A stretch of DNA of 64,000 nucleotides from NCBI GenBank assembly GCA_964016885.1, contig OZ024742.1:323082001-323146000 (forward strand), written 5' to 3'. The stretch comes from Eledone cirrhosa (taxonomy: Eukaryota). Positions 1-12,741 of this stretch are shown piece by piece (positions within the stretch are counted from its first letter, which is position 1; each line of letters opens with the position of its first letter). The position numbers and the translations under genes were made by a program. The notes under the pieces are model-generated. The model searched no databases. It saw only the letters and a list, made by a program, of their open reading frames with translations, and had not been told where the DNA came from.

Positions 1-122
1 CGAGTCTCACAGATAACCATTACATTTATACTACATGACCTGAGGTCATTTAGAAGCTTTGCTTGCTTCCAAGTTGAGCCCAGGCCACGTGCATTCAAAC
101 ATCCTACTCTTAACACATCCAT
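1..122 (-). CDS. LINE ORF2 N-terminus (APE-type endonuclease), truncated by window edge
   Basis: Reverse translation MDVLRVGCLNARGLGSTWKQAKLLNDLRSCSINVMVICET: the N-x-x-G and E motifs of AP endonucleases; matches 21157 onward. Confidence 0.85.
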   Translation of the reverse strand, partial: MDVLRVGCLNARGLGSTWKQAKLLNDLRSCSINVMVICET

Positions 123-155
123 GTGGGCGGAAGAGCCAAAGGAGAGTGTAGAGAC

Positions 156-2043
156 CTACCTTTCCGCTTCCCGGGGTTCGGGTTGCACGACTTCCATGGG
201 GTCGGGGGTGTTGGGTGAAGGGGTGTCTTGTGGTGGTGTGGGGTCGTCAGTGTGGTGTGGTGGGGTTGGGGTGTTTGGAGTTGTGTTGGGGAGGGGAAGG
301 GGAGGGGGAAAGCTTTTTAGTAGGACGCGGTTTATGGGTTTGACAGAGGGTGGTCCTACGTCCTCCTTAAAATCCTTTTTTAGTTTTTGGTAGAGGTTCA
401 TTGGGATCTTTATTAATTTTAAATGTGGGTAGTTTTCTGACGAAACAAAGTTTACACCTTCGGTTTGTACCGAAGGATTATTGTATATGAGTTCATTTAA
501 TTTATTATTGTTTCTGTTGATGTAAGTATAGTGTAATGTCTTTTTTTCCGATGGTGTGAGTGTTTCGAAGAGGGGAGGGGCAGGTTTGGTTTTGTTTGTT
601 GCTGGAGGGGTGTTTTCTGTTTTGTTGGATTGTGTTGAGATTTGGGTGGGGGTTGTTTGTCCTTGTGTGTTTTGCACATGTTTTCTTTTTTTCCTTTTAA
701 TCTGTCTGAAGGACTCCGTTTCTTCCTCCGAATTCAGTGTTGGAGGGAAGAGGTATGTTTGCTGGTAATGTTTCCGTGTTGGTTTTCTTTGTGGGGGAGA
801 TAGATGTCACTATGTTAGACTGTGTTGTGTGTTGTGTCTGCGGTGGTTGTGTTGTTTTATTGAGTGAGAGGTTGGGTGGGCCTGTATTTTGTTTTGGGGT
901 AATGTGTTGTGACTGTTTGTGTTGTGGTGGTGTTGTGGTTTTACTGAGGGACGGGTTGGGTGGGACTGAGTTTTGTTGTTTGTTTATCTGTTGTGGTGGT
1001 GGTGGTGGAGCTGGTGTTGGTAGCAGGGTTTTCTTTTTGTTGAGTTGGGGACAAGCGGCCTTCAGGTGCCCTCTGCCTGCACAGATATGGCAGGACGGCC
1101 TTCTCCCCTCCACGCTAATGTTTATATACCCGTGGTCCTCTAATAGGATTCTGTCGGGTATTTGGGCGACGCGTTCAGGCTTCATTTGCACTACCAGCTC
1201 TATACCTGTTCCACTGAACGCATTTCCTGTGGTTTTCCCAATGGAAATCACGTTGTCATTCAGTGGATCGATGAAGCCAGCTATGAGCCAGCAGTAGTCC
1301 ACATCTGGCATCATTGCATCCAGCCATATGCGTTGAGTTCTTTTCCCCATATAAGATGGATAAAAGGTGAAATTTTTCGAACGAATCGGTGACAAAGCAC
1401 ATTTTTTTGCCGCCGATTCGTTCTTCATGATAATTGCTAGGCTTCCATACAGTCTGTCTTTTCTTATGAAAGTGGTTTCATTAAGAACTTCTGTGAGTAC
1501 TGTTTTGATATCTGCTTGAGAAGGCTGTTCAGGTTTTTTTGTACTGTTGTTGATGGTCCGAAACTTGACTGTTCGGCTTTCAATGTCTTTCGTGAATTCT
1601 TGAGGCATTTTTACCGATAAAATACCATTCTCTCCTTCACTTATGTATTGTTTGGCGTCCGTGATCCTTCGTACCACATCTGAAATGTTTTCCGCTATAT
1701 AAGTCAAAGATTTCTTTGTTTTCTGTGCAAATGAAATCTTGTCGTCTGCTTTGCTTTCTGATATAGTGTTATTTTCAAATGTTATTTTTGTGTTTGTTGT
1801 GTCTTTGTTTGTGTTATTAGTATTGTCATGCAATTTTTCAAATTTTTTTTTTCGCTGTTGGAATCCATGTCCAGATTTGTGTTTTCGTCATTTTTTTTTT
1901 CCCGCAGATTCGTCTGTTTTTATTTTAATTTTTCCTTCCTTCTCTATGACGTTAGTTGGGAAGGAAGGGGGGACTAAAGCGTGCGAGCTTACAACTCTTA
2001 CCGCTGTCCCCCCACCACTATTTCCGTTCGCTGCGTTTAACAT
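156..2043 (-). pseudogene. LINE ORF1 (gag-like nucleic-acid-binding protein, single CX2CX4HX4C zinc knuckle), frameshifted
   Basis: ORF pieces 697-1833 and 156-677 plus an upstream ATG at 2043; breaks fall in or near T homopolymers (about 1891-1900, 1842-1852, 683-693). Confidence 0.8.
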
Positions 2044-2274
2044 TTCTGTTAGACGATTGAAATTTTTTACACAAAATTTTTTAAAACAGGTTTTTCACCT
2101 CTAGGAGGGGTAAAGATGAGCTGACCCACCGCCTGACAGTTCAGACGGAGGGTCAAGCTACACAATTGTATCAAAATTAAGTTTGAACTCACAAAATTTT
2201 CTCAATAAATTTGAACAAAACTTCTGTGCGAAGTGAATGACATCCACACTGTAGAACAGACGACAGCTAGAATC

Positions 2275-2439
<165 letters not shown>

Positions 2440-2551
2440 ATTAGATTGGTAGATAGATAGGTTGACAGAACTTGCCATTGCTGAAGAACTGACTTCAAGG
2501 TTATGGTGAATTACATCGATCCCAGTATATAACAAGTATATATTTTTAGCT

Positions 2552-2957
2552 CTTCCATTTGAATTTAAGAGGCTTCAGTTTCCAGTCAAACTAAGTTTTG
2601 TTATTTCAATTAACAAATCTCAGGGTCAATCCCTCAAGGTAGTTGGTCTTGATCTCTCAACTACATGTTTCTCCCACGGTCAACTCTATGTTGGTTGCTC
2701 ACGAATTGGAAGCAGCAGTAATTTATTCATTTTAACACCAACAAAAAATTATACAATGAATATTGTTTACCCTGAGGGGCTTCAAGATTCACAGATTTTC
2801 ATTTCTAAATTCTATTATCATTACAATTTTGATATTTCTTTATAAAATATAGATATTTTGAAATAATTATGAGAAAAAATATATATCTTCATATTTATTG
2901 TTTACTAATCTGAATAAGAAGAGCGGTAACCCAGGCAACGCCAGGTCATTCAGCTAG
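2552..2957 (+). mobile_element. Helitron 3' fragment: PIF1-helicase C-terminus plus terminal hairpin and CTAG
   Basis: Frame from 2552 reads LPFEFKRLQFPVKLSFVISINKSQGQSLKVVGLDLSTTCFSHGQLYVGCSR (PIF1 motifs V/VI); ends CCCAGGCAACGCCAGG..CTAG|T. Confidence 0.9.
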
Positions 2958-3279
2958 TACATATATATAACCAACATAGTTATAGTATAACATTCGAAAA
3001 TATCTCTGCAAAATTTCGTTTAAAAAATATGCATTATTAAGAACATTTATGAGGAAACTAAATCAATAGTAGTGGTGGTAGTGGGAGCACAAGCTTGCAG
3101 TTATGTCCCCTTCTCTTGCGGCATATCAACCAGATCAGCGTTAGTATTGGCTGTGATATTTTGTAGCACAGCTGTCTATCTTACTAAGCAACTAACTCAC
3201 TAACCTATTTCTTGGTCATTCTCTTAAATCTGATGTAATCAAGATACAGATGGTGACATGACCTTACATCACTACGACT

Positions 3280-3690
3280 GCTGGGCTTCTGTGATTTGAT
3301 TTCCAGTTGTTCGAAACAACGGAACAGCCCGCTTGTTTAAATTAATGTGTAAGTGGTTAAGGATTACATCGAACACAATTCTCAGGAAGATTCAGCGTGA
3401 CATGGTTGGAATTTCATATTCACTTGAGCGTTCCACAGACACGTGTAACCTAAAAGTATTTCTCAGAAACAGTGCGCGACATGGTTGTTGAGCATTCCAC
3501 ACGTAACATAGTTCTCAGGGAGATTCAGCGTGACACAGTTCTTTGAATTACAGGTACAACTAATTTTTGTCAGCTGAGTGGTGGTACTGCGTGTCACAGC
3601 TGATAGATTCTCTGTCAGTTTCGACGATGAGCATTCAGTTATTCGATCAACTGAATATCCAACTCGTGAATTAACCTAGCTGAAAAAGCC
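3280..3690 (-). repeat. Degenerate SINE remnant with internal tandem duplications (TTCTCAGGGGAGATTCAGCGTGACA-like units)
   Basis: Repeated motif at about 3378, 3460 and 3512; related sequence at 17300-17430 and 43540-43815. Confidence 0.5.
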
Positions 3691-3789
3691 CCCAGACTAG
3701 ATGGTCATGGTAGGGATTCCTTATAATCACCTGTTCTGTTGTCCCTTTCCTTTATTTGATCGGTATGTAACAAAAATATGTGATTTAGA

Positions 3790-4033
3790 CTAGCTTCTGG
3801 TGTCTCAGGTTGATGGTCATTGGTGACGGGTCCTCCGTTGTGCAGCCCGTGTCCATGATGGCTCGTGACGGCATCCCGCCACCAGAACTTCCACTACGGC
3901 CAGAACCTCCACTTCCTTCATCGTTTGTTGATCGCTGTCAACTGCCATGGGCTTCTGTCGCTGCTAGCACTGCAACATTCGGCTCAGCGCTTGAGTCACT
4001 ACGCGGGCCTGTGCGAATAGCTCGCTGATGTTC
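3790..4033 (-). pseudogene. Possible LTR-retrotransposon aspartic protease remnant
   Basis: GC-rich island; reverse strand with one frameshift reads VVEVLV-GMPSRAIMDTGCT (D-T-G catalytic motif context). Confidence 0.35.
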
Positions 4034-4276
4034 ATATATATATATATATATATACAGTATTTACGTATCGAGAGAGAGAGAGAGAAAAAGGGGAGGATAG
4101 GTGATACATATAGTTATTTGCCAAGTAACGTATGCCAAAGGTGCTCGATACTAGTTCCGGCAGTATTAAATATTCGAAGTGTTAATATTTAGTGGGCTAG
4201 AGAGTTAGCAGAGCGTAAGCATGTGGGAAAGTAAGAAATCGGAGAATAGACCGTTAAAACATATTTATTTAAAACA

Positions 4277-4316
4277 GCACCTACGCACGTTTCGCCCAGT
4301 TGGGATTCTCAAGGGC
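4277..4316 (-). ncRNA. Minimal type I hammerhead-like motif (U3-A8 variant) in PLE 3' region
   Basis: Minus strand GCCC-TTGAGAA-TCCCAACTGGGC-GAAAC-GTGC-GTA-GGTGC. Confidence 0.5.
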
Positions 4317-4685
4317 ATAACTAGTCAAAAGTGCTCCTTACATTGTTCGGAAAGAGTTTTGGAGGTTAAATCCACGTCAAGGTTCATTGCTCGCAAAAAT
4401 AGCTTGTTTTGATTTTGCAGCAGGTCAAGGGAGGTAACTCTGGCCGGTGTTAGGGCAGTCTTTCCCGGACAAATTTTTTTATCTGCTACGAGATGAAGTT
4501 TCAACCTTACCATTGTCGATACGCATGTAATCAACGCTTATTTTGAGAGTTTTTTTTGCCGCATCTGTTTGTCTGAGTCGTTTGAGGCTGGGTCTGGTAT
4601 GCAAGGATAGTTTCCTGGGTGTTGTTTTGCAGCGCCTGCCCGCCGGAGTGTTAAGACTTGTTGCAGGGAGATCCGGTGCACGGTT

Positions 4686-5081
4686 TCACTCCTCATCCTT
4701 AACCCATCTGAAGAAGGATATTTTTAAGCGATGTGTACAACTTATCGCTGTTTCAGCTCTGATGTTGATGAGCTCGTGGGGTGCAGTTATGATGTGGTAT
4801 AGCTCCATGAGGCAAAGATCGCATTTCCTCTTGAAGTTGTACGGTGCGGCCCTGCCGACAATATCCCAGTGCGTGGAGAAGCTGATGTTTAAGTCCTTTA
4901 GTGATGTGATGTAGTCCGCGAGCGAAGTGGAGTGTCTTAGTTTTTTATTTGTGAAAGAGTGTAGATGTGTTCGAAACCTAATTTTGAACGGGCCGGAGGT
5001 AGCCCCTATATAATGTTTAACGCTATTGTTGCTAGTTATAGTGCATCTATATATAACCCTATCAGTCAAGCAGTATCCTCT
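4686..5081 (-). pseudogene. GIY-YIG endonuclease C-terminal domain of PLE
   Basis: CLTDRVIYRCTITSNNSVKHYIGATSGPFKIRFRTH...KCDLCLMELYHI...INIRAE. Confidence 0.85.
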
Positions 5082-5542
5082 ACACATCTCCACTCTTTCA
5101 CAAATAAAAAACTAAGACACTCCACTTCGCTCGCGGACTACATCACATCACTAAAGGACTTAAACATCAGCTTCTCCACGCACTGGGATATTGTCGGCAG
5201 GTCTGCACCGTACAACTTCAAGAGGAAATGCGATCTTTGCCTCATGGAGCTATACCACATCATAACTGCACACCACGAGCTCATCAACAGCAGAGCTGAA
5301 ACAGCGATAAGTTGTACACATCGCTTAAAAATATCCTTCTTCAGATGGGTTAAGGATGAGGAGTGAAACCATGCACCGAATCTCCCTGCAACAAGTCTTA
5401 ACACCCCGACGGGCAGGCGCTGCAAAACAACACCCAGGAAACTATCCTTGCATACCAGACTCAGCTTCAAACGACTCAAACAAACAGATGCGGCAAAAAA
5501 AACCTCTCAAAATAAGGGTTGATTACATGCGTATCGACAATG

Positions 5543-6379
5543 GTGAAACTAATTGTTGACAGTTACGTACGTCATTATTTTCAATTTGGGTTGTGAATTT
5601 GTTTGTTTTTTTACAACAGGTCTCAATAGTGAAAGTGAATAATAATAACGGTTTATGATTTAAGCACAAGGCCAACAATTTTCGGGGAGGGGAAAGTCGA
5701 TTAAATCGATCAGAGTAGTTACTGGTACTTTATTTTATCGATTCCGTAAGGATGAAAGGTAAAGCTAACCTCAGCGAGATTTCAGCGTAAATAACAATGA
5801 TGATAATAATAATTGTTTCTACTTTTGGCACAAGGCCAGCAATTACCCAGTGCATTACTGGTACTTTATTTATCGACCCCGTAAGGATGAAAGGTAAAGT
5901 TAACCTCGGCGGGATTTGAACTCAGATCATACAGCGAGGTAACTCTATGCTTCAAAGCATGGCGTCCGACCCTCAACCGATATAATAATAATAATGTTCA
6001 TCCTTACGGGGTTGATAAAATAAAGCACCAGTAATGCATTGGAGTCGATTTAATCGGCTTTCCCCCTCCCTCTAAATTGCTGGTCTTGTGCCTAATTCAG
6101 AAAACATTATTATTATTATCATCATTGTTATTTACGCTGAAATCTCGCTGAGGTTAGCTTTACCTTTCATCCTTACGGAATCGATAAAATAAAGTACCAG
6201 TAACTACTATGATCGATTTAATCGACTTTCCCCTCCTCGGAAATTGTTGGCCTTGTGCTTAAATCATAAACCGTTATTATTATTCACTTTCACTATTGAG
6301 ACCTGTTGTAAAAAAACAAACAAATTCACAATCCAAATTGAAAATAATGACGTACGTAACTGTCAAAAATTAGTTTCAC
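5543..6379. repeat. Inverted duplication, about 270-bp arms (5543-5813 / 6108-6379)
   Basis: Arms are near-exact reverse complements containing unique flank plus an older SINE; spacer holds two more SINE pieces. Confidence 0.9.
5811..5982 (-). mobile_element. tRNA-derived SINE (young family)
   Basis: Shared body TTTGCCTTTCATCCTTACGGGGTCGATAAAATAAAGTACCAGT; B-box GAGTTCAAATCC; (TTA)n end. Confidence 0.85.
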
Positions 6380-6951
6380 TTTTGCGACCGGCCGTTTTAA
6401 CGTATGCCTATATATATATATATAGAGAGAGAAAGATAGAGGGGGGGGGGGGGGTTCAGGTGATGAGAAGCGAACAAAGGAGAGAACTCTTATAACCTTG
6501 GCTGATCCAAAGCGAGTCTGTGGGCATGGTTCTTGACTATACGTCAACTTGGTAAAAGCAACAGACATGTTTTTATGTTATTCGATCTTTTTAGCGAAGC
6601 ATATTTACTTAGCACGTTGACTAGACTTAGAATACGACCAAATATATAAGAAAGGGAAAAGAACTTATGCGGTGGTTAAACGGCAGGTTTCCACAGAGTT
6701 TCCGCCTATCAAATTTCACTGTCAAAGTTTTTATCAACTCGAGGGTATAGTAGCTGACACATTCCCTAAGTGCCACGCAATGGGACTGAACGTGAAACCA
6801 TGTGATTGTGAAGCCAAATCCTTAACCACATAACAAGAAACTCTGCGTAGCGACTCACAAAAACTCACCTTTGAATAAACATTTATCTTCTAGTGTTGAG
6901 TATTTTTTAACCACTGTGCATTTTCTGTGAGAGAGAGAGAGAGAGAGAGAG

Positions 6952-6988
<37 letters not shown>

Positions 6989-7520
6989 TGTGTACATGGT
7001 TTGTATTAGAGAGAGTGGGGGGGGGGGGGGTGAATATGTGTAAATGTTAGCGAGGTGTATGTGTGGGCCATCTTGCTAATCTAACATATTTATTAGGACT
7101 ATTTCTACTAAATTCATCCACTTCTTTGTGGGGACGTGATAAAACCTTTTCACCTCACACGTACCAACATTAATTGCCCCCGTTCTTCGCCGGGTAATTC
7201 TGAATCTTCCTCAATTAGTCTCTTTAATGTCTTAAGAGTTTTTTCGCGTTTGCGTTTTACATTAGTCGGCTCTCATAGTAAAAGTTTTGTGACAGGTTCG
7301 TTGCCTCTCGTGACATGATCTGCAAGCTGAAAACGCTTGATACGGATGGTATGGCTAATGGGGAGGTTGCAGTCGAGAATTTTGTTTGTTACATCATATT
7401 TATAATCTCATTAATTATCGTTAAAAGCAGCCAGCTTATAGCAAGCTTCATTATCTGATTAATTATAAAGGTTTCGGGGTTTTAGATATATAAAATAATA
7501 TTACTAATAGCTAAAGAAAT

Positions 7521-7707
7521 AATTGTGTCTACTTTTGGCACGAGGCCAGCAAATACCCAGTGCATTACTGGTACTTTATTTTATCGACCCCGTAAGGATG
7601 AAAGGCAAAGTCAACCTCGGCGGGATTTGAACTCAGATCGTAAAGGGACGTAACTATACTGCAAAGCATGGCCTCCGACCCTCCACCGATACTGCCAATC
7701 CACCGCC
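7521..7707 (-). mobile_element. tRNA-derived SINE, full length, TSD AAAGAAATAAT
   Basis: A-box TGGCAGTATCGG and B-box on minus strand; flanking direct repeat. Confidence 0.9.
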
Positions 7708-7953
7708 AATCCACAAAGAAATAATGATATTTAAAATCCCTGTAAATTAAAAATATAAAAATAAAAGTTTAATAACGATTCAAGTGAACGTTTTAGTGAT
7801 TATGATAATGATGCTGATGCTGATGGTGGTGGTGGTTGTACTAATAGCAGCGATGATGGCAACACAGCTGATTCATTTCATGTCAGTTTTGACCAAGCAA
7901 ACCTATGATCATAGGCGTTCCAAGCATGACCAGCTAGTCGCTCACACAGTAGT

Positions 7954-8124
7954 AATTGTTTCTACTTTTGGCACAAGGCCAGCAATTACTGGTACTTTAT
8001 TTTATCGACCCCGTAAGAATGTAAGGCAAAGTTAACCTCGGCGGGATTTGAACTCAGACTATAAAGGGCCGTAACTCTTTGCTGTAAAGCATGGCGTCCG
8101 ACCCTCTACTGCCAATCCACCGCC
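7954..8124 (-). mobile_element. tRNA-derived SINE with CACACAGTA.TAAT target duplication
   Basis: Same family consensus; flanking direct repeat. Confidence 0.85.
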
Positions 8125-9840
8125 CTTAGCCAATCCACCACACAGTAATAATACGTTTAGGACTATATCATACAATGTAATAAATGTATAATAAATATAC
8201 ATCATTCTGAATCACGCTGTATTGATGCTAGAGCTAATTATACATACAATTTGTTGATTCAGGGCGTAATTTGGCTATATTTCAACAAGTCTTTTTTATT
8301 AAGCAAAAAATGTTTCCTTTCAGTTTTCCACTAACAAATTGCCTTTCTGCTGACATTTTACACATATTATTAAATGATAATTGTAAATTCAAACAAATGA
8401 ATAAATGTAGAAGGGTTGGAAGCAATTGTACAAAACAAAGCGACTGGCATGCCAAACTTAAAACAGTTTTTTTTTACTAGGATTTTTTCAATACGCTGAC
8501 GAGTATGTGCATATGTATGCGTGTGTATGTATATGTATATGCATACATTTATATGTATGAGTATATAAATATAAACGTGCAAACACTGACACAAAAATAC
8601 ACACTCAGATTTACATTCACACAAACACATACGCAGCTTAACAAATGGAACGCCAGCCGCTATTTTGTTATAGTTTTTTCACTACCCGCTTCTTTCCTTT
8701 TACACACACATACATTCACGCAGGTAGCAGATGTAAAGAGAGAGGAGTAGTATGAGGTTGTCAAACTCTCCCCCCTCTTTACGTGTTGTGACAGAATCGA
8801 AGAAAATTATATAGAGATTTGGGCAATTTTCAGTTACTTGTTCAGTGATTTTGTAAAACTCTCAGCCACTTACAAGTTAATTCCTCGAGCAACACTTATT
8901 GTCAAAATACAACTGACTGGGTGATCACTCCTTTGTTTATAGATCTCGATCAGGACCGGCTTGGAATTAAACAACATCCCAAAGTGGGGTTTGCCTGCTA
9001 TTTCTAACCCGTTGTAAACTCATATAGAGTGACTCCCTCATTCACGTGGCTGTACTTTAAGTAATATATAGTACAGCTGGTGTGGCTATATTAGTTAAAA
9101 GTACTACAGGCATTGAATGGGTTTTCAATGAACGACAGCACGACTTTAAAACAGAAACCAGCCAATAATAAGGCCACGCGTTTAATGTTGTACAAACGGA
9201 TATGTGGAAGTAGTGTATGTGTGTGTCTAAGTGACTTTGTGATGAATGTGTAACTGTATGTGTGTACCTAAAAGTGTGTATGTCTGTAGGAGTACTTTTG
9301 AGTGCGTGTGTGCGTGTGTATGGAAGTTTGTGTATCTACGTGTGTGTCCATGTATATACACATGTATGTATATACACATGTATGTATCTACGGGTTAAGT
9401 GTGTCTTTGTGTGAGTATGTACGTGTCTGTGTATGTGCAAGTATGTCTGCGTATGTATGTGTCTATGTGGGTAAGTCGTGTGTAGGTGTGCATAAGTATA
9501 TATATGAAAGGGGTGTGTGAGTGCATATGTACGTGTGTATGTATATGTGTTTGCGTGTGAGTATATTAAAATTCCACTCAGATCAATCCACGTGGTAAGT
9601 ATGAGCGGTTGTTCTAGAATAGGATTGACCTGTCCAATTCATAAACTTTTCAATAGTTCACTTATCTCTCTCTCACTCACTCCGTCATATCTATTCATCT
9701 CTCTTTCTTTCCTCGCTCTTTCACTCACTCCCTCTCATCTGTTCTCTTTCTTTTGTGGATATCTCAATCACAATAAACATATCTGTTAACCCGCTTATCT
9801 ATTCTATCTATCTCTGAGGGAGATACATCATACAATTACA

Positions 9841-9842
9841 CA

Positions 9843-9941
<99 letters not shown>
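9841..9941. repeat. (CA)n-(TA)n compound microsatellite (representative of many in window)
   Basis: Direct observation. Confidence 0.95.
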
Positions 9942-10203
9942 GCGTGTGCGTTGATAAATGAAACAAAACAAACAGCGATGCCAAAATCCAGTCATTAGAG
10001 TAAAGTAGGCGCTGGCATAGTTGATGTAGAAATATTAGTAATTAAAATTAAACCTTTAGCGATATGAACAATTACTTTCTAAATGTCAGTAATTCTGGCA
10101 AAAGAAAAAGACCCCCCCCCCCCCCAAAAAAAAAGTCAGGAAGAGACAACTCCAAAATATTAGTTAAATGGAATCTGATATTTAGCAGTAACATTGACTA
10201 CAT

Positions 10204-10840
10204 TCTTCTTCTTCTTCTTCTCCCCCCTCCCACTCCTCCTCCTCCTCCTCCTGAGAATGTCGTCTTTCTTGAGTCATTCTAACTACATGCTCATGGTATC
10301 GGAGCTGTAATCTCTAAAGACTCTTCGGAGGAACCCTATTTCGGCCGCTTGCATTCGCGATCGTATTCTTTCGGTCTTCACCCAAGATTTATGACCATAT
10401 GTAAGAGTTGGCACGAATACCGAATTGAAGATAGTGAGTTTGGATTTTACGCCTACTACCCTTCTTCTGATTATTGGATGCTCATTTCTACACCAGCTCC
10501 TGCAATTCTTGTACTTAATTCAGCCTTCTGCCTTCCATCACTCATGAACACAGCCCCGAGATACTTGAACTTCTCTATCTGCTTCAGTGGAACTCCATTT
10601 ACATGTAGAGTGCACTGCGCAGGTTTCCTTGAGAGGACGAATGTCTCAGTTTTCGCATCACTGGTTTTCATTCCGGCCATGCAGCACTCGGCATCAAACC
10701 TATTGAGTGCAAGTCGGATTCACCTTCTGTTGAGTTAAGTAACACCATGTCCTCTGCAAATTCCAGCCGACTTATCTAACACCCGCCAGTTATGATAGCA
10801 CTTCCAACCTGGCTGCGCATGTCAATTCTGTTCATGTAAA
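10204..10840 (-). mobile_element. RTE-type LINE 3' fragment
   Basis: ORF 10471-10680 GMKTSDAKTE...LKQIEKFKYLG (RT motif 7); degenerate FA-D-like motif upstream; (AAG)n/(AGG)n tail. Confidence 0.75.
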
Positions 10841-11039
10841 TAATTGTTTCTACTTTTGGCACAAGGCCAGCAATAATGAACAGGAGAGGTGACAGTACGC
10901 ACCCTTAACAATAAAAAAAAAAAAAAAAATCAATAACCGACCTCTGTCCCCGATTTCCACTATACCGCGTATACTTATGAGTGTTTTTGTGCTAGAAAAA
11001 AAGTGTTCATAATAGATAGCCCATTACTATAGCAGAAGT

Positions 11040-11585
11040 CTTTCTTCTTCATTTCTCATCCTCATTACTGGGAGTCGAGGAACATGGACAATTGCGTCAA
11101 TGTTCTCTCTGACGAGTCCCTGCTGTCATCATAGCGTCTATTTGATCTTCCGCCATCGATGTGTGTCCCTCCCTGATGATATCGCCAAAGTATTGTAGCT
11201 TTCGCTTCTTTATGGTCGCGACCATCTGCTTCTCTGTTCCCATCTCCTTCAGGACGGACTCGTTAATGTTGTGGTCTATCCAGCTGACGTGCAGTGCTCC
11301 TCTGTAACACATCTCGAACAACATCAGTTTGTTAACATCGGTGGTTTTCAGTGTAAGGTTTCGCAACCATTCAGTGCTACTAGCCGCACTAAGATCTTCA
11401 GAAGATTCAACTTGATACTCTTGTAGAGAGTCCAGTCTTTCCACGGGGTGCCGAGGGACCTAATGGAGATCTTGCTATCCCCAGCCGAACCCTGATCTCA
11501 TGACTACAACTCTCTGTTCGGATTATAATCGGGGTAGTCGTTCCTTCCAATCACTCCTTTTACTATCAGGTGATCAGTACCAATA
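11040..11585 (-). mobile_element. RTE-type LINE 3' fragment
   Basis: FEMCYRGALHVSWIDHNINESVL...IKKRKLQYFG-I thumb/C-terminal motif typical of RTE. Confidence 0.8.
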
Positions 11586-11654
11586 TGTGCTTGAAGTCTC
11601 CCAATGACACAGTCTTAATGCTGCAGCAACTTCATTAAGGAAGGATCAGTAATC

Positions 11655-11708
11655 AGATTCCGTTTTGGCGAATGTTTTGGTCTTATTAGACCTCCTCAGC
11701 GAATCATT
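11655..11708 (-). ncRNA. Degenerate hammerhead-like motif
   Basis: Minus: GATTCG-CTGAGGA-GGTCT AATA AGACC-AAAAC (G12 mutated)...GGAATC. Confidence 0.3.
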
Positions 11709-11914
11709 ACCTAACTGTGGCTGTAGATTTTATAATGACTGAAGAGAGAGGTATAGGATTCTTTTGTGAATGAACACAGCGTCGTGGCGTTATATTACTT
11801 AAAAGAATGATTAGAAGGAAAAGTAACCCAGAGACATCGATTGCACAACTGGAACACTCATTGTCGAAACCGACGGAAGTCCATTGACCTAAGCCAGAAA
11901 ATTGGTATTAATTT

Positions 11915-12010
11915 GTTAACTTTGCCTTTCATCCTTACGGGGTCGATAAAATAAAGTACCAGTAATGTACTGGGTTATTGCTGGCCTTGTGCCAAAAGTA
12001 GAAACAATTA
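11915..12010 (+). mobile_element. tRNA-SINE 3' half
   Basis: Family body and 3' end. Confidence 0.8.
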
Positions 12011-12741
12011 ATTTGTGACGAGAACAAATCATATTCTAAACAAGTAAATCTGGTAAGAAAAAACGAAGGGAGATAACCAACCACATGTTCGGAGTTACCA
12101 CCACTCCTTATTACAGTCCATGTTTACGTAATTCATTCTAATGGCTGTTTATTAAAGAGTTTTCTTCGCAGCCATGTGGCTTCGTGTTCAGTCCCACTAC
12201 ATGGCACATTAGGCGAGTGTCTTCTGCTTTAGACTCAGATTGACCAATGTCTTGAGTGAAATTTAGTCGACGGAAACTGTGTATGTGTGTGCGCGCGCGC
12301 GGCATAAATTAGCGTTTCGACAAACAAACAAAAAAAAAATCTATAAAATAAGTACCAAACTGGAGGAAAATATAAATATTGAGTATCGATATCATTGATT
12401 AACACTCTTCAAGGCTGTACCCCGCATTGAAACAAGTATAATAGAGTAACTTTAGTGAAAATAAACAGGGTGAGATAACGAACCACACGTTCGAAGTCAC
12501 TACAGCACTAGACTCACTCTAAACTACATTTTATGTCTAATGAATTTTAATCAATTTAAATATCTTGGTTCACTACATCAATGTATTTTATGTTAGTGAT
12601 CACTCTACTATTCAAGTTTGCGCATTGCTTTCTGTATTGAGTACTTTTTCTTCATGTTTATATACTCAAACTTAGAGACACACATAAATATAAGTAAATA
12701 TTCATATATATTATATACACATATTTATTAGAATGCTGTTG

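Larger units (their letters stand above)
1..2274 (-). mobile_element. Tx1/L1-clade LINE copy 1 (5'UTR, ORF1, start of ORF2; runs off window start)
   Basis: Homologous to the 19.1-24.8 kb element in 5'UTR, ORF1 (CHICAGRGHLKAAC knuckle) and ORF2 N-terminus (MDVLRVGCLNARGLGSTWKQ, ATG at 122). Confidence 0.9.
4200..5544 (-). mobile_element. 5'-truncated Penelope-like element (Naiad-type GIY-YIG) with inverted duplicate arm
   Basis: ORF 4686-5093: VIY..YIG, R..H, W-D-I, CDLC..E, terminal C-T-H motifs; 4509-4970 is the reverse complement of 5082-5544. Confidence 0.85.

Noticed and set aside
737-1297. Antisense ORFs over LINE, PLE and Tigger coding regions (also 21928-23543, 47579-48730, 62065-62562)
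   Set aside because: Shadow frames of the element ORFs with no independent motifs
4325-4690. SECIS/selenoprotein signal known from some Naiad PLEs
   Set aside because: No in-frame UGA at cysteine positions in the fragment and no convincing SECIS fold seen
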